A stretch of 64,000 nt of DNA from an uncultured delta proteobacterium (lineage in GTDB: Bacteria > Desulfobacterota > Binatia > UBA9968), in NCBI GenBank assembly GCA_963847445.1, contig CAWJZV010000027.1, forward strand, positions 1-64,000. The letters are read 5' to 3'. The notes beneath the pieces were generated by a model, which worked only from the letters and a program-made list of their open reading frames with translations, had not been told where the DNA came from and did no database searches. Position 1 is the first letter of the stretch, and each line of letters opens with the position of its first letter. Both the position numbers and the translations under genes were made by a program. Below are positions 19,835-30,582 of this stretch, in pieces.

Positions 19835-20910
19835 TTTCGATCAAGGGTTTGCGCAAGAATTTTCAATCCGGCGACCACGCCGTGGCAGCGCTTCAGGGTA
19901 TCGACCTCGAAGTCGAGCGCGGCGAGTTCTTCGTGCTGCTGGGGCCGAGCGGCTCGGGCAAGACCACGCTCCTGCGCAGCGTCGCCGGTTTGGAAAAGCC
20001 CGACGGCGGCGAAATCTCGCTCAACGGCAAGACCGTTTTCTCCAGCAGCCGGCGCATTTCCGAGCCGCCCGAAGCGCGCGAGATCGGCATGGTGTTTCAA
20101 TCCTACGCCATCTGGCCGCATCTGACCGTGGCGGAGAATATCGGGTTGGTGCTGACTCATGGCCGCTCGCGGCTGAGCAAGAGCGAAGCGCAGACGCGGA
20201 TTCGCCACGCGCTCAGCTTGGTGCAACTGGACGACTTCGAGAACCGGCCGGCGCGCCTGTTGAGCGGCGGACAGCAGCAGCGGGTCGCGCTGGCGCGCGC
20301 TTTGGCGGTCAATCCGGCGCTGCTCCTCATGGACGAGCCGCTGAGCAATCTTGACGCGCGCTTGCGTGAGGAGGTGCGCACGAATATCAAGAAGCTCGCC
20401 AACCGATTGGGCATCACGGCGCTCTATGTGACGCACGATCAAGTCGAAGCGATGGTGCTGGCCGATCGCATCGCGGTCATGGCCCATGGTGAAATTTTAC
20501 AGATCGGCAATCCTTATGAACTGTATCGATCGCCGGCGAATTCGCAAATCGCCGAGTTTTTCGGTTCGATCAATTGGTTGCATGGTAAAGCGCTTGCCGA
20601 CGGGCGAGTCGACACGGAGATCGGCCCGCTTGTCATCGCGTCGCCGCGGCAGTATGAAGGGAACGTGGTCGTCGGCATTCGCCCGGAAGAGGTTAAATTC
20701 GTCACGACGCCGGCTGGAGCGGAAAACTGCCTGGCGGGAAAGGTCGCGGCTTCGTTTTTTCTTGGCGATCATGTCATGAGCGAAGTGACCATCGGCGCGC
20801 GAATTCTCAATGTCAAAAGCTTGCCTGACGAAGCCAAGGAGGCGGGCGATGTCACGGTCCATCTGCCGAAAGAGCGCATCGTGGTGTTTCCCGAGGCGGA
20901 ATCGCAGTAG
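19831..20910 (+). CDS. ABC ATP-binding protein (FbpC/PotA-like, C-terminal TOBE domain)
   Basis: GPSGSGKT, LSGGQQQR, LLMDEPLSNLD, YVTHDQ; GTG start overlaps the permease stop. Confidence 0.93.
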   Translation: MISIKGLRKNFQSGDHAVAALQGIDLEVERGEFFVLLGPSGSGKTTLLRSVAGLEKPDGGEISLNGKTVFSSSRRISEPPEAREIGMVFQSYAIWPHLTVAENIGLVLTHGRSRLSKSEAQTRIRHALSLVQLDDFENRPARLLSGGQQQRVALARALAVNPALLLMDEPLSNLDARLREEVRTNIKKLANRLGITALYVTHDQVEAMVLADRIAVMAHGEILQIGNPYELYRSPANSQIAEFFGSINWLHGKALADGRVDTEIGPLVIASPRQYEGNVVVGIRPEEVKFVTTPAGAENCLAGKVAASFFLGDHVMSEVTIGARILNVKSLPDEAKEAGDVTVHLPKERIVVFPEAESQ

Positions 20911-20950
20911 TCTGTGGAACAAGAGCTAGCGTGAAGAAGGAGACAAGGTT

Positions 20951-21778
20951 ATGAGCGGCAATATCAAAGCCAATGGCGATGTGCGGCATATCGATCATTT
21001 CGTGGTCGCGGTGATGGAGCCGGCCCGGGCGGAAAAGTTTTTCACCGAGGTCATGGGGGCGCGGACGTTGAAATCGGAAAACGAGCCGAGGATGACTCGT
21101 ATATTCATGAAACTCGGCGAAAATCATATCGGGCTATTTTCCCAGGGCTCGAACCAGCTGCCGAAACGCGAGAGCGTGAACTCATACCCGCGCCATTCGT
21201 TTCAAGTGCCGGAAGCCGAGTACGACGGCATGGTCCAGCGGATTCGCCAGTCGTGCTCGTTCGTTAGAGAACTTAAGAACGAAGCCGGCGCGGGCTGCTG
21301 CTGGAGCGACGGCTTGGTGTTCCAAGATTCCGAGGGCAACTTCTGGGAGATCACCAAGACACCGGGGATCGCCAAGACCCGCCTGCACCATTTGCACTTC
21401 GACAGCACGGATATCGGCGCCAGCGTGGAGTTCTATAAGCGCTTTATGAACTGCACCGTGCGGACGCAGAACAACACCATGGCCGAAATCGCGGTGCCCT
21501 CGGGGCAAAGCGTGATTTTAAACAAAGTCGATGAACTCAGCGACGTGACCAAGGCGACCTGGCGCGGCCGCCACTTTGCCTTTCACGTGAAGGACGACGA
21601 CTTCCACGCCATCGTCGACAAGCTTCATGCCGCCGGCATCGAAGAGCGCGACGATCACGGCGAACGCGCCGGCAGAAAGCCCGGCCAACTCGGGACGTAT
21701 TTTCGCGAACCGAGCGGCTTTCGCCTGCAAATCACCAACGAAGACTCGGCGACGTTCGCGGCTCATGCTAACGATTAG
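20951..21778 (+). CDS. Two-domain VOC (glyoxalase / extradiol dioxygenase) family protein
   Basis: IDHFVV, RHSF, FQDSEGNFWEI, LHHLHF, RHFAF, FREPSG. Confidence 0.85.
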   Translation: MSGNIKANGDVRHIDHFVVAVMEPARAEKFFTEVMGARTLKSENEPRMTRIFMKLGENHIGLFSQGSNQLPKRESVNSYPRHSFQVPEAEYDGMVQRIRQSCSFVRELKNEAGAGCCWSDGLVFQDSEGNFWEITKTPGIAKTRLHHLHFDSTDIGASVEFYKRFMNCTVRTQNNTMAEIAVPSGQSVILNKVDELSDVTKATWRGRHFAFHVKDDDFHAIVDKLHAAGIEERDDHGERAGRKPGQLGTYFREPSGFRLQITNEDSATFAAHAND

Positions 21779-21841
21779 AATGCGCGAGACTCCGTGCGAA
21801 CTTTACGCTGGCAGCTTTCTGAATGATTCCTTCCCCCTCGA

Positions 21842-21972
21842 GAGGCTGTGTCGCAATGCGCAAATGTCTCACAGCTGTCATCCCGAGCGCAGCGAGGGAT
21901 CTCGTGTTTTCAGTTACATACGAAAAGAGATTCCTCGGCTTCACCTCGGAATGACAGTTGCGACACAGTCTC
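21842..21972. mobile_element. MITE (131 bp) with 15-bp terminal inverted repeats and 3-bp CGA target duplication, carrying a GTCATCCCGAG REP-like element
   Basis: gaggctgtgtcgcaa (21842-21856) versus ttgcgacacagtctc (21958-21972), 14/15 match; flanked by cga on both sides. Confidence 0.75.
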
Positions 21973-22151
21973 CGACGGGGAAGCTAGGATGGGGGTGCTG
22001 CGCACGCCATTGAAATTGATGGGCACCCCCACCTCAATCCTCCCCCATCGAGGGGGAGGAAGTAAGATGGGAAGGAGCACGCAGAAGAGAGTTATTACTC
22101 AAGAAACAATCTCACTCATTCATATGCCGACGGCTATTCTCGGAGTCCCGC

Positions 22152-22941
22152 ATGCCCTACAGCACTAGAAACGGCGTTAAGACCTACTACGAAGTCTCCG
22201 GCGAGGGTTATCCGCTCGTGCTGATGCACGCCAATCCGTTCGACCGGCGCATGTTTCTTTATCAGACCGCCCACTTCTCGACCTTCATGAAGGTCATCAA
22301 TATCGATCTGCGCGCCTATGGCTATTCCGACAAACCGGTGACGCCGGTCACGATGGCCGAGCTGTGCGATGACGTGGTCGCCGTGTGCCGGCAAGAAGGC
22401 GCGAACGAGGCGGTCTTCGCCGGCGTCAGCGTCGGCGGGGTCATGGGCTTGCAGTTGGGTTTAGACCATCCGGAGATTTTCAAAGCGCTGATTCTTGTCG
22501 GCTGCAGCAGCATGCCGGGGGATCGCTATCAGAGCCGCATCGACGGCTACTTGAAACCAAGGCGTGGGCAAGTTTCACATTCAACATCTCACCGACCTGG
22601 TCAGCAAAGATTTTCCGCAGACAAAGTTGGGGAATTATCTGCTGAGCATGCACACCGAAATGGATTCCCGCCTCAGCGCGCCGGCCATCGCCGAGATATT
22701 CAATGCCCTGCAGAACCGCGACCTGACCGCGCGTTTACCCGAGCTGAATATGCCGGTGCTGATTATGAACGGCGAGTTCGACAATTCCCTTAAACGCAGC
22801 ATTGACATGAGCACGAGAATTACCGGCGCAGAACATCGAACCATCTCGGGCGCGGGACATGCGTGCTGTTTAGAGGATCCGGCGACGTTTGACGGCCATG
22901 TTTTGGAGTTTCTCACGAAACATGGGTTCGTCAGAAGATGA
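22152..22941 (+). CDS. Alpha/beta hydrolase (3-oxoadipate enol-lactonase-like); frameshift near 22557
   Basis: GYPLVLMH, DLRAYGYS, GVSVG nucleophile elbow, NGEFD, AGHAC. Confidence 0.85.
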
Positions 22942-22953
22942 CAAGGTTGTATT

Positions 22954-23180
22954 CACCACGAGTGTCCATGAGCTTACGCTCGTCTTCGGAGTATGAAAAT
23001 GGGCGGGATTCCCTTCAAGGCTCTTGCTTGAGCATGTCATGCCCGCGCACGCCGAGGAAATCAAGGCATGTTCTGCGAGAATTAACCTGGATACCCGCTT
23101 TCGCGGGTATGACTGAATCCAGGTGACCTATTCATCGTCGGATATCATCGCCTTACATGTATTTTCCAAGGAGGCACAAA
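22954..23180. repeat. Composite repeat: ATGAAAAT...ATTTTC element with an internal CTGGATACCCGCTTTCGCGGGTATGAC hairpin, set inside a CACCACGA.GCAC.AAG repeat
   Basis: Read directly from sequence; hairpin at 23087-23113. Confidence 0.55.
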
Positions 23181-23385
23181 GAAACGCACACTGTCTGAGA
23201 GCCAAAATGGCGAAACCCGTTGGATGAGATGATCCGACGATCATGGGATTGCAGCTACCGCGATCGGTTCCTTTGTTACACATCCTTTAACGATGATTTC
23301 GAAGAGACACGACGATCACGAAGTTCGGAGTATTTTCTTCCGAAACCTTCGCGTCCTTCGTGCCTTCGTGGTGAAGGGACCGGGG

Positions 23386-24412
23386 CTACTCCCCCAGCAC
23401 TTTCTTCATTCGCTCCAGCACCGCCGGCGGTTGGCTCATCACTTCTTTCGCTAGCCGTTGCATTTCTTCACCGCCGACGGGGTCGAGCTCGTAGTTGCGT
23501 TTTTCCGCTTCGACTTTGAGCTCGGCATCTTTGAGAGCGCTGGCCACGCCGACGCGCAGGATTTTTACTACGTCCGGCGGGATGCCGGCGGGGCCGACCA
23601 GCGGGCGGCCGAAGACGCCGCCGGCGAGGATGACGGTGGCGACTCGGCGTGATTGTTCTGAAGCCTTATACTGGTCCATGAGTTCATAGATGGTTGGGGT
23701 GTCGGTCAGGCGCGCGTCTCGCTTGCGGCCGGATTGCGCCAGGCTGCGGACGAAATTGTTTTTGCGCCAAGTGTGGAACGGCTCGCGCGCCATGAAGGAT
23801 TCGATGGTCATGGCGCGGCAATGAATCTCGCCCTTTTCCACTGCCAAGTCGATGGGGCCGCCGCCCTGGTAGCCCAACACGATATTGAATTTGGCGCCGA
23901 CGGTTTCTTCGAGCAGTTTGGGGAAATAAATAGCCGGTGCCGGCGGCGCCGCCCGAACCGCATTTTGGCGGTTCGCTGGCTTTGCGCACGTCTTCAATGG
24001 TCTTGTAAGGGCTGTCGGTGCGCATGTAGAGATGGTGTTCGCTTGGTGAGGGCGAGCCGATGAAGGTGTATTTGGCCCAGTCGTATCTAACTTCTTTGCG
24101 GCCGACCATTTGGTCGAAATAGAGCGTCGGTCCGATCCAGCCGAGAGTGAGGCCGTCGGGTTTGGCGACGCCGTAGACGTAATTGGCCGCGATCATCGAG
24201 CTGGCGCCGGGCATGTTCTGGACGATAAAGCTGGGATTGCCGGCCATATACTTGCCCATGTGGCGGGCGATGAGCCGGGGCCAGAGATCGTTGACATCGC
24301 CGGCGGGGTAGCCGGTGACGATGCGAATCGTCTTGCCTTGGAAATACGGCGTCTGGGCGAGCGCCGCCGAGACGGTGAGCAGGATGATGACAGCTAGGAA
24401 CGATGGTTTCAT
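23386..24412 (-). CDS. TctC/Bug family substrate-binding protein; frameshifts near 23940
   Basis: YFQGKTI, QNMPGASS, AKPDGLT, GYQGGG, FGRP. Confidence 0.88.
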
Positions 24413-24581
24413 ATAGCCTCCGGTCGCTATAGCGAATCGCGTGGGAGTGGGCCTCTTAGTACAACCTGAGTTCAATGGTCAATGCCAAACCTTCGGACTA
24501 TAGTTGCTTGACGCTCTCCGCGAGTTTCGGTTAGCCTGGGCGCGGATCGGACATGTCTGCTGGTTTACAAAAGGAGAAGCC

Positions 24582-25495
24582 ATGAAATTGCCACTTAGCA
24601 CGATTTGGCGGGCCGCGTTGCGGCGTTCCTGCGGGGCGGCGCAATGGCGCGCCGGATCTTGGCCGGGCTTCACCCAGGTCAAGGACGGCATCTATGCCTT
24701 CGCGCCGGACCAGACCACGACGACGTGCAGTTTTGTCGTGACGCAGGAAGGTGTCGTGATGATCGATGCCTGCAACAATCCGCTGCAGTCGCGCAACATA
24801 TGTTGGCGGCGATTAGCAAGGTTACCGACAAGCCGATTTTGTTTCTGATCGACACCGAGACCCACGCCGATCATACCGGGAATCATTTTGTCTTTTCGCC
24901 GCCGGCGAGGGTCATTAACGCCGAAGGAGCGGGAGCCGGGATGAAAAAGGAATACAATCCCAAGCGCGCGGAGACACTGGCGGCGCAGTCCGCCGGAAAT
25001 GCGCGACGGCGGTGAAGGGCGAGAAGATGATCCGCCGCATATCGAGTATAAAGATCGCATGACGCTTAACGTCGGCGAGCGCACCTTTGAACTGATCTTA
25101 TCTGAAAAACGTCCACAGTTTTGCCGACACCGCGGTATGGATGCCCAAGGAACGGGTGCTGTTCGCGTCGTCGGCGGCTGATGTGCAGGAGATTCATCAA
25201 TCTTCGGCCGGCGGTGGTGATCGCCTGACGTGCTGGCCAGCTACAAGCTGATGAAATCATTGAATCCGGAAATCGTTGTGACCGGCCATGGCCAGCCGAC
25301 GACGACGAAAATCTTCGACGAGTACGAAGGCTATTTTCACCTTGCTGCTCAAGCGAGTGGGCGAGATGGCGGCCAAGGGAAAATCCCTCGACGAAATTAA
25401 GAAGGAACTCAAGATGCCCGAGTACGCCGACTGGAATGGCCAGGACCGTTTAGGGGGTCAACATCGATGTGGCGTACAAGTCGGTGAAGAAATAA
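24582..25495 (+). CDS. Secreted MBL-fold metallo-hydrolase (cyclase-like); multiple frameshifts
   Basis: VKDGIY, GVVMID, TETHADHTG, VHS..DT.VW.P.ERVLF, VV.GHG and GKSLDEIK across joined frames. Confidence 0.7.
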
Positions 25496-25502
25496 CAAAC
25501 CG

Positions 25503-26335
25503 ATGATGTTACTGCGCCACGATGGCGCGCTGCTCGCTTGAGTTCATTTTCGATTCGCTGTTGGTGCTGCGATGGCCCGGCCGGCGCCCAGGAGATCGTC
25601 ACGCTGCCGACGCGCGCGGGCGTGACGCAGTCCTATTTTCTCACCAGCTCGCCGAAACAGCTGCAAGCGATTGCTGTCTTGTTTCCCGGCTCCGGCGGCT
25701 TGATTCAGCTTCGCAGCGAAGGCGGCCAGCCGAAGTTTGCCGGCGGCAATTTTCTGGTCCGCAGCCGTTCCGAGTTCATCAAGCGCGGCGTCATCGCGGC
25801 GATCCTCGACGCGCCCTCGGACCTGCAAAGCGGCTGGGGCATGAGCGATGAGTTTCGCCTCGGCGGCGATCACTTCACGGATATCTCCGTCGTAGTCGCC
25901 GATCTCAATAAGCGCTTCCCCGGCGTGGCGGTGTTTCTGATCGGCACCAGCCGCGGCACGATATCGGCGGCGGCGCTCGGCGCTCGTTTCGGTCCAAGAA
26001 TCGCCGGCGCCGTGCTCACCGCGACGATGTTTCGCGAGGCCGGGCGGAACAGCAACGAGCCCGGCCCCGGTCTCAGCCGGTTCGACTTCGCGACGATTCA
26101 AATCCCGCTTTTGTTCGCGCACCATGTCAGCGATCAATGCCGTTACACGCCCTACGGCGATGCCGCGCGCTATGCCGAAAAGTTCCCGCTGATCACCGTG
26201 TGGGGCGGTTTGCCGCCGCAGTCGACGCCCTGCGAAGCGCGCAGCCAGCATGGTTTTTTCGGCAAGGAATCGGAGACCGTCGAGCAGATCGTCAACTGGA
26301 TGTTGAAAAAGCCGTTTCTCTACGAAGTGAAATAG
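25503..26335 (+). CDS. Secreted alpha/beta hydrolase (N-terminal frameshift)
   Basis: VLFPGSGG, GNFLVRSR, GTSRG nucleophile elbow, HHVSDQC, CEARSQHGF. Confidence 0.8.
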
Positions 26336-26343
26336 GAGGTACT

Positions 26344-27292
26344 ATGGCTACCGTGCCGCTGAAAGAAGTCGACCGCGTCGAAATCTTGAGCGTGATGGAT
26401 AATTCCATCGACGTGCTGATGGGCAACACGCCGGTGGCCAAGCGCCACAGCGCGGCAGTGACGGCCACAAGCGCGGCCGCAGTTGCGCGCCGAGCATGGC
26501 GTGTCGATGCTGGTGACGACTTACTCGGGCGGCCACAAAGATTCGTTTCTGTTCGACACCGGCGTGACCGTCGATGGCGTGCTGCACAACATGGACGTGC
26601 TCGACATCAAGGGCAACGAGCTTCACGCCGTCGTCTTGAGCCATGGCCACACCGACCACACGCGCGGCTTGCTGGGATTCATCAAGCGCTATGGCCGGCC
26701 GCGGGTGCCGATCGTGCTCCATCCCGACGCCTACCTGAAAAGAAAAAACATTCAGGGCGACGGCCATGAGTCGGAGCATATTCCGCCGAGCAAAAAGGAT
26801 CTCGAAGGCGAGGATGTGCAGATCATCGAGGAGCGCGGGCCGACGATGCTGATCGGCGGCAACGCGCTCGTCACCGGGCAGATTCCGCGGACGACACCGT
26901 TTGAGAAAGGCAGCCCCAATCAAGTCGCGCTGATCGATGGCAAGTGGCAGCCCGATCCGTGGATTCACGACGATCAAGCGATCGTTATCAATGTGAAGAA
27001 CAAAGGACTCGTCGTGCTTACCGGCTGCGGCCATGCCGGCGTGGTGAATACGTTGAAATGCGCCCGCGACATGACCGGAGTGAAGCAGATCCACGCGGTC
27101 ATCGGCGGCTTTCACTTGACCGGGCCGATCTTCGAACCGATCGTTCAACCGACGGTGCAGGCGTTGAAAGAATTCAATCCCGGCGTCATCGTGCCGCAGC
27201 ACTGCACCGGCTGGAAGGCGACGCATCTGATCGCGCGCGAGTTTCCCGAGGCGTTTACGCCGAACAGCGTTGGCACGACGATGGTCATCTAG
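26344..27292 (+). CDS. MBL-fold hydrolase, dihydropterin-ribofuranosylaminobenzene-phosphate synthase-like; frameshift near 26470
   Basis: AEHGVS, LFDTG, LSHGHTDH, DDQA, TGCGHAG, GGFHL, HCTG. Confidence 0.85.
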
Positions 27293-27312
27293 CGCGCATC
27301 GCGCGCTAGAGG

Positions 27313-27483
27313 CGTTCAAATCGTTCAAGCCGTTCAACTCCTGCGCTCCGTTCAAGCCGTGTCGGAAACAGGAGGTTGCAACAAATTTATGCGAAACCAG
27401 GACACTCCCATGTCAGAGTCGCGACTATCCCGTTTGCGTTTCCGAAGACGTTGGAACGGTTTGACGGCTGGAACGATTGGAAC
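27313..27483. repeat. GTTC(A/C)A 9-mer inverted tandem element
   Basis: gttcaaatcgttcaagccgttcaactcctgcgctccgttcaa ... ttggaacggtttgacggctggaacgattggaac. Confidence 0.75.
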
Positions 27484-27562
27484 GCCCTTGCCGACTACGT
27501 TGACAGGCTATTTGTGCGGTGATAGCGCTGACATGACTTGCAATTAAATAGGAGGGACGATC

Positions 27563-27942
27563 ATGGCAAAGCTCAGACATTTGGCGATGCTTGACGCATC
27601 AGCCGGCGAAGATTGGCGGATTATTACAAGCGGGTTTTCGACATGCAGGAGATGTACAAAACCAAGAACGGTTCGGTGCATCTGTCCGACGGCGAGGTGA
27701 ATCTCGCGATTCTCAACGCCAATGATCCCAAAGAGCCCGGACATCCGGCGGGGCTGTATCACTTCGGCTTTCATATCGACGATGCCCAGGAAACCACCAA
27801 GCGGATCATGGACGTCTATCCCGAGGGCGCGCCGAAGGATCGCATTGCGACTTACGCCGAAGGGCGGGCCAGCGATCCCGATGGCAACTTGATCGACATC
27901 TCGACGACGGGCTGGGGCCCGGTTCGCCGCAACGATCTGTAA
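27563..27942 (+). CDS. VOC family protein (frameshift near 27595)
   Basis: KLRHLA, LSDGEVNLA, GLYHFGF, DPDGNLIDIS; RBS ggagg. Confidence 0.8.
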
Positions 27943-27955
27943 TCGCGGCTGGCGC

Positions 27956-29035
27956 ATGCGGCTGATTATTTACTTCTTACTTGTCGGCGGCTTGATTGTT
28001 GGGCCGGGGAGCGGCGCCAGCGCCGCCTCGATTGAGGAAGTCGTCAAGAAAGCCTCGGCGCTGTCCGGCGCCGAGCGCAAGACTTTTCTCGAAGCAGGGG
28101 CGAAGAAAGAAGGCGAGATCGTCTTCTATACTTCGCTGAGCTTGACCGATTACCCGAAGATCTTGCCGCATTTTGAAAAAGCCTACCCCTTTCTCAAGAC
28201 CAATACTTATCGCGCGACGCCGTCCGGCTTGTTCACGCGGGTGGACACCGAAGCGCGCGCCGGCAGATTCGCCGCCGACGTGATCGGCTCGGCGCCGGTG
28301 GAGATGTGGCAGCTCAAGCAGCGCAAGCTGTCGGCGCCGTATCTCTCGCCTGAGCGGCGCGCGCTCCAGCCTGGCGCGTTCGATCCCGAGGGTTTTTGGC
28401 AGGCTTTCGACGTGACGCCGCTGGTGCTGGGCTTCAACACCAAGCAGGTTTCCGCCGCTGACGCGCCGCGCAGCTACGCCGACTTATTGCATCCCAAGTG
28501 GAAGGGCAAGATGAGCTTGGGCACCGAGGAGTACACTTGGTTCAACGTTCTCCTGGAAACCATGGGCAAGGCCAAGGGCAACGAGTTAATGCAAGGCCTG
28601 GCCAAGCAGGATCTCGCCATGCCCGGTTCAAGCAGCGTCATGCGCGTGCAGCTCATGCTCGCCGGCGAGTCGGCCATCGCCATCGCGGCGCGCGGCCGGC
28701 GCGTGTCGGAATTCAAGCAGCAGGGCGCGCCGATCGATTACCGCGTGCTCGATCCCTATGCCGGCGAACCCAACTTCGTCACCCTGATGCAGCGGGCACC
28801 CCATCCGTTCGCAGCGGTCTTGTTTATCGATTGGATGCTCTCGGAAGAAGGCCAGACGCGCATGGCCGAGGTCGGGCGCTTATCCGTGCGCCGCGGCATC
28901 AAGCACCGGGCCTGGGTGCAGGAGCTATTTCAGAAAGATTTCGTGTTCTTGAGCCCGTCGTCGATCGGCCCGAACTTGAATGACATCATCGATCAGTACA
29001 ACCGGACTTTCGGCGTGCAGCGGCGCGCGAAATAA
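27956..29035 (+). CDS. Extracellular solute-binding protein, Fe3+/polyamine type
   Basis: GAKKEGEIVFY, DLLHPKWKGK, APHPFAAVLFIDWMLSEEGQ. Confidence 0.88.
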   Translation: MRLIIYFLLVGGLIVGPGSGASAASIEEVVKKASALSGAERKTFLEAGAKKEGEIVFYTSLSLTDYPKILPHFEKAYPFLKTNTYRATPSGLFTRVDTEARAGRFAADVIGSAPVEMWQLKQRKLSAPYLSPERRALQPGAFDPEGFWQAFDVTPLVLGFNTKQVSAADAPRSYADLLHPKWKGKMSLGTEEYTWFNVLLETMGKAKGNELMQGLAKQDLAMPGSSSVMRVQLMLAGESAIAIAARGRRVSEFKQQGAPIDYRVLDPYAGEPNFVTLMQRAPHPFAAVLFIDWMLSEEGQTRMAEVGRLSVRRGIKHRAWVQELFQKDFVFLSPSSIGPNLNDIIDQYNRTFGVQRRAK

Positions 29036-29095
29036 GGTTGGGATCTCGGATTATTAACCGCAAAGTACGCAAAGGCGCAAAAAATTCTGGGATTC

Positions 29096-29120
29096 GTAGG
29101 GGCGGGTTTAAAACCCGCCC
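29096..29120. repeat. GTAG-type REP
   Basis: cgtaggggcgggtttaaaacccgccc; inverse copy at 56141-56166; variants gggcgtatgccatacgcccctac at about 53626 and 56275. Confidence 0.75.
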
Positions 29121-29138
29121 TTGTTTGTTGTGCACAAT

Positions 29139-30217
29139 ATGAAGATTGGATTATTTACCGAGTTTTCCTATCCGGGCAAGTCGGAGCATCAACTTTACGC
29201 CGAGGTGTTGGAGCAGATCGCCGTCGCCGATGAACTTGGCTACGACTTCTTCTCGATCACCGAAAGTTACGGTAAGGATCTGTTCTCATGTTCGCCGTTT
29301 CCCCTGGGAGTTTACGTCGCCGCGGCGCAGCGGGCGCGGCGGATTCGCTTTCTCACCGGCATCGTCAGCATGCCGATTCACCATCCGGCGATGTTGGCGA
29401 GCCAGGTCGCTGCGGCTGATTTATTGACCGAAGGCAGAATCATGCTCGGCCTCGGCCGCGGCCATCCTTGGGTTATCAATCGCATGAACGTCGACGCCGC
29501 CACCAGCAGCGCGCGCTTCGAAGAGGGCATCCGCATGCTGGTCGAGATCTTCAAAGGCGACTATATCGAAAAACTCGACGGCGAGTTCTGGCAGATCCGT
29601 GACTTCAAGCTGAGCCCGCCGCCGGTGCAGCAGCCCCATCCGCCGATCTACACCGCGGCGGCGACGACGCCGGACAGCGCGAGCTTCGCGGGGAAGGTTG
29701 GCCAAGGGTCTGGTGCAGCCGGGATACTTGGGCATTCCTTTCGATCTGGTGCGCGGTTTGACCGAGACCTATCGAAAAAATTTGCCGGCGGGCAAATCGA
29801 GCGACGTCGTGTTGGGAATTCATTGCCACGTCGCGCACGACCGCGAAGAGGCGATCGCAAACGGCGCCCTCGCGCTGTCGAGCCAGGCGGATGTATTTCT
29901 GCGCGGCAGACTGAGCCGTCCGGTGGAGACTGAAAAGATTCAAACCTACGCCAGCAAGAGCGCCTCGCGCGAAGCCTTCGAAAAACTCTGCACGCCTGAA
30001 AAGGCAAGAAAAGCCGTCGAAACAGAATGGCCCAACGTCATGGCGGTCTGGGGCACGCCGGCGGAGTGCGTCGAGAAGATCAAATTCTACGTCGACGCAA
30101 TGCATCCCGAGCAGCTGATGCTGAACATCGCGTCGGGAAGCTTGGCGCAGGATAAAGTGCTGAAGTCGATGCGGCTGTGCGCGCAAGAAGCTAATGCCGG
30201 CGGTGCGAGGGATGTAA
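29139..30217 (+). CDS. LLM-class flavin-dependent oxidoreductase (frameshifts near 29705 and 30190)
   Basis: ADELGYD, HHPAMLA, GRIMLGLGRG, PPPVQQPHPPIY, WGTPAEC. Confidence 0.85.
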
Positions 30218-30243
30218 CCGAAGTCTTCCGAATGCAATGAAGT

Positions 30244-30403
30244 AGATTGATATCTCGCTCAGAGATTGCTGAGATCGTACTCATGCCGGCACACCGAAGA
30301 TCCGTCATGCCGGCGGAGGCCGGCATCCAGGTTTTGCTCCCGCCCTACCGCTCCTGGATACCGGCTTTCGCCGGTATGACGGAAAAGTCGTCAATATCAA
30401 CTT
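30244..30403. repeat. Composite element: TTGATATCTCGCTC leader plus GTCATGCCGGCG...CCGGTATGAC REP-like hairpin pair
   Basis: Same leader and hairpin pair recur at 61908-62023. Confidence 0.7.
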
Positions 30404-30582
30404 TTTCGCCAAGCTTACAACGTAGGCTGGCGCAACCGCCAATAGGTTCATCACTGGCAAAGCTTCTTGAAAAGCCCTTCTCGTATAGCTCGTCAATGTG
30501 ACGATTCTCACCGGTGGCAGTGAAAGTTCGGTGTTGTCGACGCAAGGGTTCGCTGTGCGAATCGGAATCTTCCGCGTCACGG

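Noticed and set aside
27500-27526. TTGACA...GCGGTGATAGC shared with 41865-41893 as a regulator site
   Set aside because: Only two instances with different spacing; explainable as ordinary sigma70 -35 and extended -10 elements
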